64,000 bases of DNA from Blastocystis sp. Blastoise (Eukaryota; Protista; Bigyra: Opalinata): positions 372,001-436,000 of the forward strand of contig JBBPEB010000005.1 in assembly GCA_039096225.1 (NCBI GenBank), written 5' to 3'. Below the pieces are notes generated by a model, which had not been told where the DNA came from, did no database searches, and was given only the letters and a program-made list of their open reading frames with translations. Shown piece by piece: positions 37,960 to 51,109 of this stretch (positions within the stretch are counted from its first letter, which is position 1; each line of letters opens with the position of its first letter). A program made the position numbers and the translations under genes.

Positions 37960-39759
37960 GCTGATTTATTAATTGTTATGTATTCACGGGAATATGGTCA
38001 TGTATCTAATTTTTTTTCTTATTTATTACCTCGTATCCCTCTAAATGAGTATAAAACAGTAGCTATCTATGGACAATATATATGTATATAATAGTATATA
38101 TAAGTATATATAATAGTATATATAATACATGAATAATATATATTCTGTGTATTTTCTGCTAATCTTCTTATTATATATGATCTATATATATATATATATG
38201 TATATAGAAATACTGGTTTATTGACTGTGAAATTGGCGGGAAGTCTTGCTTTGATTCAATTCATCAATATTAAGCCACTTTTCAACAATATATATGCTCA
38301 ATCAACTCTACAGAATATGTCCGATATACATAATATATATATATATGTAGTTCTTATGTAACTAAAAATACATTAAATAAACTATATCAAAATGGAATAA
38401 AGACGAATTCTTATATATATAATCAGATACTAACAATGGACATGATATTAAGTTTAATTGAACAATCTAAAGTCAGATGGTATATATATATATATATATA
38501 TTCTTTTTTAATCTATTTATCAATATATATATATTAGGACTCTATCTGAAGACTTATATGCTTCTTTTCCCTGTCTTTATATACATATATACAATTACCC
38601 CCTATCTATACACTTATTGATACTATGCATCAATTATACACAGATCCCCGCGGGGATCTGATGAGCAAAGAAAGTCAAGGCCGACTTCTTCTAGACAATC
38701 TTGATAAGTATATTATATGTTATATACTATTATATATTATTATATCTTATTATTATTTATTATTATATACTATTATATTATAGGTATAAGAATAACAAAG
38801 ATTACACTCAATTCTTTAACGATATTATAAGAATAGTATATAACTATATATAACTATATATAACTATATTTATAACTATATATAACTATATATATAGGTG
38901 AGTGATGGTATTGCTCTTTATTCTCTACTCCGATTGGGTCTCAATTCTACATATATACCTACTCTTATTGATCTGTATATATATAACTAATATATATATA
39001 ACTATATATATAACTATATAGGTATTTACAATTACCCTTTGATTTGATGATTTCCCGTGGGGTTGAGAATATTCATAGTCGTAATCTATTTGTAGATAGA
39101 ATCAATGGAGAAGCTACTATGAAGTATATATATATATGTATAGTATTTTATATAACCATATATATCTATTTTTTCTCACTATATATACCTATATATACTT
39201 TTATATATAGTGCCATTATTAATTATTTATCGTTCAAAGCACGTCCTATATCTGACAAAACTGTTCTTCGAATTCTAAAGCAAAATATCAAAGTAGATCG
39301 TCGTATGTGGCGCATACTGTGACATTCTCTTATTTTTCTCTTTTTATACTCTATTATAATTACTTATTATTGTTATTCCACATATTATTATGCTTATTAT
39401 TATATATATTCTAGCTATATATTCCTATATTTATTCTAGCTATATATTCCCCTCTTTTCTAGTCATTTCTCCTTCTTACACTGGACATCCGTCAATACTT
39501 CACTTCCTCTTTCTCTCTCTTCTCATTCATTATGATTAATAACAATGAACCTCTCGTGACTTCCTTGGCGGCAACTATCGACGCGGGAACCAAATATAAG
39601 AATGTATATCTATTACAAGAACAATTGAATAAAGATAATATACATGATTTATATGATAGTCCTGAATTCCTTAGATATCAAGTATATATATATAATATTA
39701 TCTATTATTACTATATTTATTACTATACATATTCTACATTTATTACTCTATATATATTA

Positions 39760-39805
<46 letters not shown>

Positions 39806-40500
39806 TGTAGATATTCCATCATCTTCCCTCCTTCTTCTTCCCGCGGAATCCCTTAATGAACTGCTCTCCATAGTGATGACTACTTTCCTATCTCTTAATT
39901 CCCCGCGGGACATTCTCTTTGTCTTACAACATTCTTCGATGATCCCTCTATTTATCCTTCTTTATATCTTGTAGAAGACACTGTTTAAGGTATATATATA
40001 TATAAATTAGTTTGAATTATGATGTCATTCTCTCTTATTCTTTTAGTTTTATATATATATATATATATAATTTTCCTCCCCTTTACAGATTCTCCTGTTG
40101 TTCCACTTCGTTACTCGCTCTCCCTTCATCCCCGCCCTATATACAAAGACTTTACAAGTATTCTTAGATAGAGTTGGATTAGCGAGTAAAGACTCTAATT
40201 ATGTATATATATATAATAATAATAGTATTATTATTGTTTTTGTTTTTTTCTATTACTCTCTATATATCATTAAAAACATAATATTAATACATATATAATT
40301 ATATTTCTCTATAGCACAAAACGTTACTCTCTTCGAACATTCTTCGTATCGACATACAGAGCGTCATTCGACCCATACATCATCATTTCCAATATAAAAC
40401 GGATGACCATGATTGTACATATACCATGACTATTAAGGCCGAATATGAATTTATGGAGAAACTAAAGAAGAGTCCAGATGATGAAACGGCACAACTTATT
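37744..40500 (+). pseudogene. Multi-exon fragment of an unidentified gene (or displaced UTP20 exons) inserted within the UTP20 fragment
   Basis: About ten GT-AG-bounded exons with protein-like frames (e.g. YSREYGHVSNFFSYLLPRI, FVTRSPFIPALYTKTLQVFLDRVG). The first exon is phase-incompatible with the preceding UTP20 exon, and some frames are broken. Confidence 0.5.
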
Positions 40501-40506
40501 GTATAT

Positions 40507-40798
<292 letters not shown>

Positions 40799-41223
40799 TA
40801 TAGGTATCTTTAACAGAAGAACGTATAAGAAATGCTATAGAGAAAGCAGTTCAGATGCTATTAACGAAATCCTTACCTGAATGTTATCCTATGTGTTTAG
40901 TATATCATATATTTGGTCTTTATTATTTAAAATGGAATCGTTTTTGGCAGAAGCTAACAGAATGTTGTGTAAGAATTGCGAGTTTTGATAATAAATTATA
41001 TTGGAATTGTTTTTATGAAAAAGCATATCTTATTAATGGTTATATAGATATAAATATATATGATCATATAGGATATAGTATATTATCTAAAGAAGAAAAG
41101 AGATATGGTATCGTCTATGGTTTAGAACGATTACAAGATAGATATAAACATTATATTAAATATTCTACACTTACATTTGTATTGAAACAACGATTATCGA
41201 TGGGAGAAGAACTACTTTATGGG

Positions 41224-41334
<111 letters not shown>

Positions 41335-43097
41335 ATATATATATTATATAGTTATACAGATGTTAATACTTATTGGACGTCTTTATTCTCTTCTCTTACT
41401 GATGTAGCTACTTATATTCGTCCATATAATAAACAATTTATGGGATTCTTTATAGATTTCTTAAAGAAGAAATATTATGGTTATCGAATAATCTATGATG
41501 TTGAAGCTCGTGATGTGATGAAACCAATTCATACTGAATTCGAAGAACTTCTAAAACAAAAGAATATTACTACTCCTACTATTATTCATAAAGAAGAAGA
41601 AGAAGGAAAAGAAGAAAATCAAGTAAATAATGAATTAGAATATATGTATAATTATACGTTACGTCCACGTGATGCTGATGCTCGTCTGAAAGTCTTCTTA
41701 AAAATATTCAGTAATTGGCCTGGTATTCAAAGTATTTATTTAGCTGATTCTTTAAAGAATATATGTATATTATTATTAAATAAGAATGATTCTTCTTTAC
41801 AGAAATTATGTGTTGAAGTATTATGTTGCTATAGTAATTTACCTACTGTTCTATATAAGGAAAGTTTATTAGGATTATGTGATGAATTGAATTATCGTGA
41901 TACTATGTTAGGATTATATATAGAGAAAGATCAAGGAGTTATCAAAGTAGAGCATAGAGATCTTATTATACCTATTATAGAACGTATTTTATATGGTAGA
42001 CTATTAGATAAGAAGATGAAATCGAAAACACATTATTATGGAAACTTGCTGCTATTTTAAATTATTTATCTATATTAGATTATGAAGAATTAAAGCCATT
42101 ATTATTTATGATATTATGTTCATTTACAAAAGATTTATTTATACCTTCTGTTCAATCAGAAGAAGATGTAGCTATATTATTAACTCATATATCTGTAAAG
42201 AAAGTTCCTGATACTCGTAAATTAGGATTTTTGAATAGTTGTTATGATTTAATACGATATATGAGAGATCGTAGTAGTTCTTTTATTCATTATATATTAG
42301 CTGCTATAGGATGTAAATTAAAAGATAGTTATGATAATAAAGAGAATTTAGAAGATTTATTAAAAGAAGATGAACAAATAGATACAAATGGAAATGATGA
42401 TGATATTGAAGATATTGAAGATATTGAAGATGAAGATGATAATAATAATGATAATAATGATAATGATAATAATAATAATAATATGAAAATTGAAAATGAA
42501 TTATCTACAGATGCCACTACTATTGCTACTACTTCTTCTACTACTTCTAAAGCAGATTCGAATAGAATTCGATGTAAGTTTATTCAACGTCGTATACGTG
42601 GTTTATGTATAAAGAGAATAGTTGAATGTATAGGTTATTTTAGTAGTTATAATTATAAACAATGGAAATCATTATTATTTGATCCATTAACTCCTTTGTA
42701 TGAAGTATTACATAATACTATATTAGGATTAAAGAAAACACCAGTATTATTAAATTACCTCATTTAATATCATTTTCTCCTTCTTTATATTATTTATATG
42801 ATATTCAACCTTTATTATTACCTACTTTAGTGGAATGTTTATCATTAGGTATTGATTCTGGTAAACAATTAGGTGCTAATATTGTTAATGATATTATTGC
42901 TACTATTAATAATATATTAGGTATTAGAAGAAGAAATGGATAATTTTGAGAAATCAACAAAGAATGAAAATAGAGAAGAAACTGAAATGAAGAATAAGAT
43001 GAGAAAAGAAATGAAAGAAACTGATAGTGATGATGAAGATGAAATCGAAAAATTAAAAGAAAATATTAAAGAAAAAAAGAATAGAAAGGATCAACGA

Positions 43098-43198
<101 letters not shown>

Positions 43199-44799
43199 AT
43201 TTATTATTTTATTATTATAATCATTATTTTATTTATTTTGGTTATTATTGCCATATTTATTACTATTATATATATAGAAGAATTATTAAATCGTATGTTG
43301 ACTAGTAAGGTTATAGCTTATATTTCATCTCTTCTTGATTCTATTCTCTCTCATATTCAAAGCAGACTGAAACTTATACATAATTTTAGATCTGGTATTA
43401 GCGTTAGTATGCTGATATATATATATATATATGTATATATTTTTTATTGTTATTTTATTATTCTTTCATATATATATATACATATTAAATGAAACTGGGT
43501 TGAATATAGGTATCAAGAAGTACCTAAATGTGATTAAAAAGTTGAATAGTTTCTTTTCTTCTGTCTTTTGTATATTAATGCTTAAAGTAATTATTTCATT
43601 GCTTCGTTTAGTTTGAATATGTTTGATGGCTTATATCAAATAAATGATAGCTTTATTTGCTCATTTATAAAGACATTTTTTTGTATTTAGGTTAACTTTG
43701 TCAAAAATATTATGATTTATGGCCATGTATACAAATAAGGTGAAAAGCCTTTCATTCAGTCTGATGACAAAACTCATGAGTATCATATTTTGTTACAAAA
43801 AACTTCCTTATGTGTTTGATAAATTCAGCAGAATTAAGCATGGCTGAAAAAGTGTCACAAAATTTGGTGGCAAGTGTCACCAAAGTCAGGAAAGGACTGA
43901 CTATTTGATTATTTTTAAAACTTCAGTCATTCTTTAAAAATTTCAATGATAATTTCATTCTTTTGTTAAAGATTCAAATCAGAATAAGATTATTGCCTAT
44001 AATATTTTTTCAAACTTGCTTTCTATCTGCTTTCTGAACTAATAATGGTTTATCATTAAGATTCATATTGGTTTTTGTTGCATTGTGAACTCCTCTTAAA
44101 TACTAGTCAATATCTACTACATGATGATTTCCCATTGTTTGTTGATTGCTTTGTTACGTACTTGCTCGTTATGATCAGTGTTCAATACACATATCTTACA
44201 ATGTGCTACGTGATGGATACTTATCAGTTACTTATTCTTGGAATGATTACTTGCAATGTATAATTTTATGAATATTTACAGTTTGTTGCCTTCCATTTAT
44301 TATTTACATCTGATTTGGTTACTCACCAAACTTCCTTACTTCTCTTCTTGAATTAGTATACTCTTTTTCTTTTTGTAACTTTGCGATTAATGAGATCTTT
44401 ATTTATGTTGTTTGTATGTTTGATTTTATTCGACTAATGTGCTTTTGATTGCTTGTTCTACTTTATAAGTGCTAATTATTTTGTTTTTGTTTTTTATTTT
44501 TCTGATACTTCCTTTTTTCATACTGTATTATAATGGTATTTATATATAACGATGACATTTTCTTATAGATTTACTTATTATGAATTTTCTTATTCTTATT
44601 CTAGTATTTAATAAATACTTAAACACTTCATCTCTGCGATTAATACTTACTATGGTTACTAACATACATAAGTTTCTACTGAAGATAGTAGCAGATTAGT
44701 AACAATTGATGTTTATTTCTTTTCATCCTTAAATCCTTTTGTCTATATTACAATATTATCATGTACTCTTATTCTATCAAGTTTACTATTATAAGTTTT

Positions 44800-47130
44800 T
44801 GAATGTTTTAGTATCTTATTGTGTAATTCTTTAATATGCTATTATACAGGAAAGTATCTATATGATATTTCTTTGTTGTAGTTTTCTGTATAAAATTTTT
44901 GAATTTCTTTTTATTCTTTGTATATATTTTCATCTTGGTTAATTATTCTTCAACTTCTCTTCATGTTATCGTTAGTCTACTATTATATATTGAATTTTTA
45001 GTTATAAACCTTATCTTATTTCCTTATCTTATTTCATCTTTTGTTCTTTTAAGGTATTATAGCATTACATTAATTGTATTAGTTTTCTGGTTTTTCAGTC
45101 TCTTCCTATCTTCTTCGTATGGTATCTTTATATTTATTAGACTCTTCATTTCTTCTGGTGCTTTTCAATTATTATGTGATCATTCGTAATACTTCACCTG
45201 CATGTTCTTTTCCCTTTATTAAAGAGTTTCTAGATGTGCTATTTTTATATTACTTTTATATTATCCTTAGTTGATATTCCTTTTTCTCCTATGATAGAAT
45301 TCTTTATGTTCTTATGTTATTCTAATAGTCGTTTCATATTTCTCTATTAAACATACTATGAGATTTAATGACGATTTTCTTTTCCTTTAATAATTACAAA
45401 TTCCTCACTATTATATATTATTATATATCTTAGTTTTATTATTCTAACAGATTTATTTTTATATTTGTTTCTATAATTGAAAACATACTCAATTAATTTA
45501 TTTTCATATTTCATTCAAATATACTCTTCATATACATATTCATATCCTTCATTTATGGTTTTCTTCGTTTTCTCATGTTCTATATATTATCCCATGGTCT
45601 ACTTATTTTTGTGCCTATTTTTAATCCTATACTTCCTCATTATCTCTATTTCTTTATCCACTTTTCTTTTATTTCTAGTGCTTCTATTGTGTATATTGTG
45701 TGCTCATTATTAGACTTATTCATTTTAATACTGCTTCATCATTATCTCTCTTCATATTCTTTAATGCTCATGTTTATTGTATTTCCTATTTACACAGTTA
45801 TTATTTCAGAAGCATTTTCCATTTCTTGTCTAAATAATATGGGTTTGAATATTTTTATTAGTCCTATTTCTTACTATCGTTTTTTATAATTCTTCTCGTT
45901 CGTTTCCTTTCTTTTTCTTTCCAACAATTTCTCTCTTGGCACTACTCATCATGGATTTTAGTAATCAAAGTTAGGATTTGTTCTCATTGTTGTATTACTA
46001 TTATCTATATACCACAAAAGATATTTTTATTATTTCTCTTCATTCTAAGGTTTTGCTCTTTTTGTTACTTAAACATATTTATATGGCTACTCTTATTTAT
46101 TATTATTGTGTACATTCTCTTCTTCTTATTTAATTTTTTATAAAAGCCTAGTATCTACACCTTCTATTCCTTCTATTCTTTCTCATTTCTAATTACTCTC
46201 ATTTTCCAAAAATGATATAATTATATAATAGGATCTATGTCTCCATATTTCTTTCGTACTGTTATTTAATAAAATACTATCTCTATTTACTTTAAACCAT
46301 TTCAACTCCCTTTAACTTATTATCTATATACATCTTACATTCATGCTGATATGAATACTATAATACTATTTGTATTTCTTCTATTTTGTTGAATACGGTT
46401 GAGGTAGTTCTCGAATTGTTTATTTTCTAAATTTATTTTCATTTCTATTACTTTAGATATTATATCTTCTTAAGTGCATATGTACATAATTAATATGCTT
46501 ATATATATTTACACCTGCTTTTTCCGTTATCAGCCGTTACTTCATATTATTTATACAATGTCTAACTATTATATACAATTTACTCCGTTTGTTCTTTTAC
46601 TCATGATGATATAATATAGAAATCAACTTCTTATTACTTCTTATGGTTTATTTATTGTATTTCTATTTATAGATTTATATATATTTTTATACGAATATTG
46701 TTCTCTCTTCATGTTATTGTCTTTAAAAATATACTAAAAATAATTATTATCGTCTCTTCTACTCATTTATCACTGCCGATTATAAATTCAGTTGATATAT
46801 GCATTCTTCCTTCTTCTTAACTTCAAATTTTATTTACAAGTTTTTAGTTATCTTCTTTATGATCTACATATATAAATATATTCTCATTAAGTCTATGTCA
46901 ATCTTTCCAATAATTTTTCTTCTGATAATCTTTCAAATGCTAACCTTTATATAATATCATGAATCTTAATCTAATACTTATTTCATGCTATTATAATATA
47001 AAATCCACATTACTTTCTATTATATCATATATTCTAATACTCTTTCGGATATATATAATCCCTCATATGATACTTAATATAGATATAACACATCTTGCTC
47101 TTTCCTTTTGAATTCATGTATAAATATAAA
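44800..47130 (-). mobile_element. Possible heavily decayed Ty3/gypsy-like pol remnant (RNase H then integrase)
   Basis: Fragmentary motifs in the expected order on the minus strand: YLYMNS (~47115), IFIYVDHK (~46870), RPWDNI (~45595), GYEYV, IIIYNSEEFV (~45415), KAPEEM (~45180), GNKIRF...RLTIT* (~45000). Many stops. Confidence 0.33.
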
Positions 47131-47900
47131 ATTGTTGGTGTAAACGATTTAAGATTCCACTTTATATATATGTTTTGGAAAATAGTATATTCTTTAGGAA
47201 CCAATTGTTATCACTCTCTTTGTGATATTTGATTGATAAGTCAGGTAAATGATTTTAGTAGTTATTTGGTTCTTTCTATTGATACATTATGATTGAAAAT
47301 ATATTTTGCTATTTATTTATATATTTAATCTTCTTGATTAGATATACTATTTGATTTAAGAAGAGTATACTTTATAGTTGTATATTATACTTTTGATTGA
47401 ATAAAGATTCTTATTAGTATTGGATATTGTTTTAAAGTATTATACTAGAGAGATTAGTATATATGAAATAATTACTTCTAAAATAATATTTATTTTTCAT
47501 ATAAGTAATAATATTTCTCAGTTATTCGTTTGATCTGAATATAATAGTACTTGAAAAAGAATATAATTAGAAAAATAATTGAAATATAGATAAAAATTAT
47601 TAAGGAATAGTGATTCTAATTAAGAAACTATATACTATTGATATAATCAAATATATAAAGGAATATTCAATGTCATCTATTTATAATTATATTTAAAAGA
47701 TAACAGTATATCTTCTTGAGTTAATTAAAACAATACAAATTATAATGTAACAATAAAACATTATGGAATACAAATAGTTAATATAATGAAAACAATATAA
47801 ATATATAAATATTAATAGTAAAAGAAATCAATGTACTTTGTAGTATAAATACAGTAATTAAGTAGTTGGATTAGATTAGTGATTTTGTTGCTAGATGTTA

Positions 47901-50638
47901 TCAATCGAGTTTCTTTTTCTTTAATTTATCTATATATAATTAAGAATAGATTCTATATTATGTGAATTATGAATATAATACTTATAATATACATACGCTC
48001 TAAAACAGTAGTTATAAGTGATGAAGAATCAATGATATCAGAAGTTAATCCAATTGTCATTTGGGTTGTTGGATTAATAGTGTTTCTGTATTTGTTTTTT
48101 ATATACACGAGATGACTGAAACCGCTCTCACAGAGATATGAAGTTGCAAAGGGAAGAAAACATTTCTTGGCTATATCATATAATAATGGAAAACGACTCT
48201 TATGGCTTATATAGAACTCATCTATTGGTACGTTATTAAATTCTTCTCTACATGTTTTATCAGCAAGTAAACAGAAATACTCTTCTTTAACATGAAACTC
48301 CATTTTATTTTCGTCAGCTACTTTTGAAAATGGATTAGTAATCCAATATAAAGAATGATCAATAAGATTAGTTGTTGGTGTATTTTTTGGTTTTTTTATG
48401 TTACTATTCGTTTTCTTCTGCTTTTTATTCTTTTGTACTTCTCCTTGATTTGTATTATTACTTATTTCATTTGGAATGATTGCCCCAAGAGTTATTATAC
48501 AATTGATATTAGCCTGAATTATATTTATATTACTAATGATTCCATTGTATTGTCCTTGAATACTACTATTAGGGAAATTATTAAGAACACCAGAAATACT
48601 ACCTAAAGTGTATCCATATACTAAATATGGAAAGTCAATTCTAATCGTTACTTGAGTTTCTATTAATTGCTGAGTAACTATGTCAACATAGGTTATTAAG
48701 CCATTTACAACTCCATTTGGAGATACGCAACCTTGTAATGATCCAAGAATATTAAATTGGTTTGATACTACTGATGTATTGTTATTAACATTACTATTCA
48801 CTTCATGAGATATATTTGATGTATTATGTGTATTTTCTTGGTCTATTAAATATTCATTAAGGTCTTGAAGATACGATTCATCACTACCAATATAATTTAG
48901 TATTTCTGGGAAATAATTCAGTAAATTACGTCGAAGAGTTATTAGATGATTTTTGATATAAAATATGATTGAATTAATATCAAGCTTGGTTGTAGATACA
49001 TAATCCTTAAGTTTCGTAAATGATGAATAATCGTTATTATTTATTAGTCTTTCTAATCTCAACGATAATTTTATAAATAAATCCTTCATAATGTCTATTA
49101 ACCCAAATATATATCTATGCTGTCCTTGCATTGATTTATTACAATCATAGAATAAACTGGTAACATCCTCAAGGTATAACATTGAAGCTATGAAGTTAGT
49201 ATCAATAATGGTGTTATATAAGTCCTTCTTTTCTTTATCCTTTTTTATTACTAGTGTTATTCCATTTCTAAGTAAATTAAATCTTTTAATTGATGAATGG
49301 CATGAAAGCCATCTTGTAGGGCAATAAAGGAGAAGTTTATAACTTCTAATATTTTTTTTCCTTTTTTTCTTCCTTCTTATCATTACTATAAACTTCATGA
49401 ATATTATTATCTATATTATTATCTGTATCAGATGTATCTAAAAGGGATTCAACTACTTTATTATATTCTATCTCTAAAGAAGATATATTATTAGGGGAAT
49501 CAGGTATGTTATCTTGAGGAGAGAAGATAGAAGAGGTTAATGAATATTCATTATCAATATTGTAATTATTGGATTCGTCTTGTCTAACAGCAGACTTCTT
49601 TATATATGAAATTATCTCAACAGCACTTTTGAATATATTAGTGAAGTATTTTGGTAAACAGTTTACACAGAGTTCTTCTCTATGAAGAAAACAGTGGATG
49701 AACATACAATTCTTATTCTTCTCTAGTACTCGTGTTTTGAAGGAGTTTTTGTCTCCATTCATATTCGAAGCACCGTCAAAAGTAGCTGATACGCAATTAT
49801 TCCACAGAAGGTTATTATTATTAAAGAAATTATCTACCATGTTAAATATATTATCACCTGTTTTGGAACTAATCTGAAAAATACTTAAAAATGATTCAGT
49901 AAACTTTTTATTATATTCGTATCTAGCATAAACGAGTAAATAGGATTTCATTTCTATGTCAGTTGACTCGTCAAGCTGAATAGAAAATGATCCTGATTGT
50001 CTTATCCTATTTATTACTTCTTGTTGAATTGTCAAAGCAATTTCATCACTTTTTCTTTTGATACTGCTTGAGGATAACGGAAGATTAGAAAGGACTTTGA
50101 CATTCTTTAACCTTTCATATTCTTCAATAATAGGTTTAACTAATTTTTCTCCAGTTCTGTAGCTGTATCCATTCTTTGAAATGGAGTAGGCGATGAAATA
50201 TGAAAGCTTACTGGATAAATCTGAAAAGCTAAAGAGAGAATTTGAGTATTCTGTGTTTTCATTATGATCTTTTAAGAGTTCTTGAATGTCATCATATGTA
50301 TATTTGCTTAACCCATGTTTATTCTTGAAATGAGTGAAGAGTTTTGAGGCTTCATAACCTTTACACGTGAGAGTAGACTCACAGATTAAACAAAAATAGG
50401 AGTTTTTTGTTAATTTTTTTAAATCCATAAACAACTGGATTGGCATTATATCTTTTAACTCCTTCTTTTACTTCACTATAATATTTGGATTTAGGATTAA
50501 TATCTGGTTTATTATTCGTTTCTTCTGTAATTATGTCATCATCTTTTTTTTTTTTCGTCTGTTGTAGACTTGTCAATCTATATATATATATATATATTAC
50601 TATTAATATACTTGTAATTTTTTAAAGTACTGTTCCAT
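47901..50638 (-). CDS. hAT transposase (Buster/ZBED5-like) with BED finger; two introns and three frameshifts in A-runs
   Basis: CLICESTL...LFTHFKNKH (BED finger), FSIQLDESTD, ATFDGASNM, HCFLHREEL, PTRWLS, LPFATSYLCESGFS. ATG at 50638; last exon HKLKKKKLD* ends at 47901. Confidence 0.9.
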
Positions 50639-51109
50639 GTATTTAAACAATAAAAAAAGTTTATCTAATATAGAATGTTCTTTTTGGTTTAGCAAAACAT
50701 TTTCCCTTATATTTTTGTTTTTCCCGTGTTTTCATCACTTAAAATAACTATGAAAATCACGGTAATAAAAAAGTAACTTTGTTATTTAAGCGCAAAAATT
50801 TTGGTCCTTTCGCTTAACGAGTAACTACGTGGTGACCCCTGATTCCATAAAAAGCTTTCTCAATACTATTATCTTATTGGATATAATACTAAATACAATT
50901 GACGCTACCTCAACTACCCATCGGTATATATCGGCAATATTTTTCCGTATCTTTGTGACAGAAATAGCCTTCATTTTTGATATAAGGATGAATCATATGG
51001 ATGAAGTGTTTTGAACATCTTTCACTTTTTCTATCTGTTCTCGATTTCTCAATCTTTATTTCTACATATTTTATTTATTTATTTGATTTAAAAAATAAAA
51101 AAGTCAAAT

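Noticed and set aside
43850-43880. TGTCACA…TGGTGGCAAG resembling an LTR end plus primer-binding site
   Set aside because: Its orientation is opposite to the putative pol remnant and no paired LTR was found.
46395-46430. IRELPQP resembling a gypsy RT connection motif
   Set aside because: Out of order relative to the RNase H-like and integrase-like words; probably chance.
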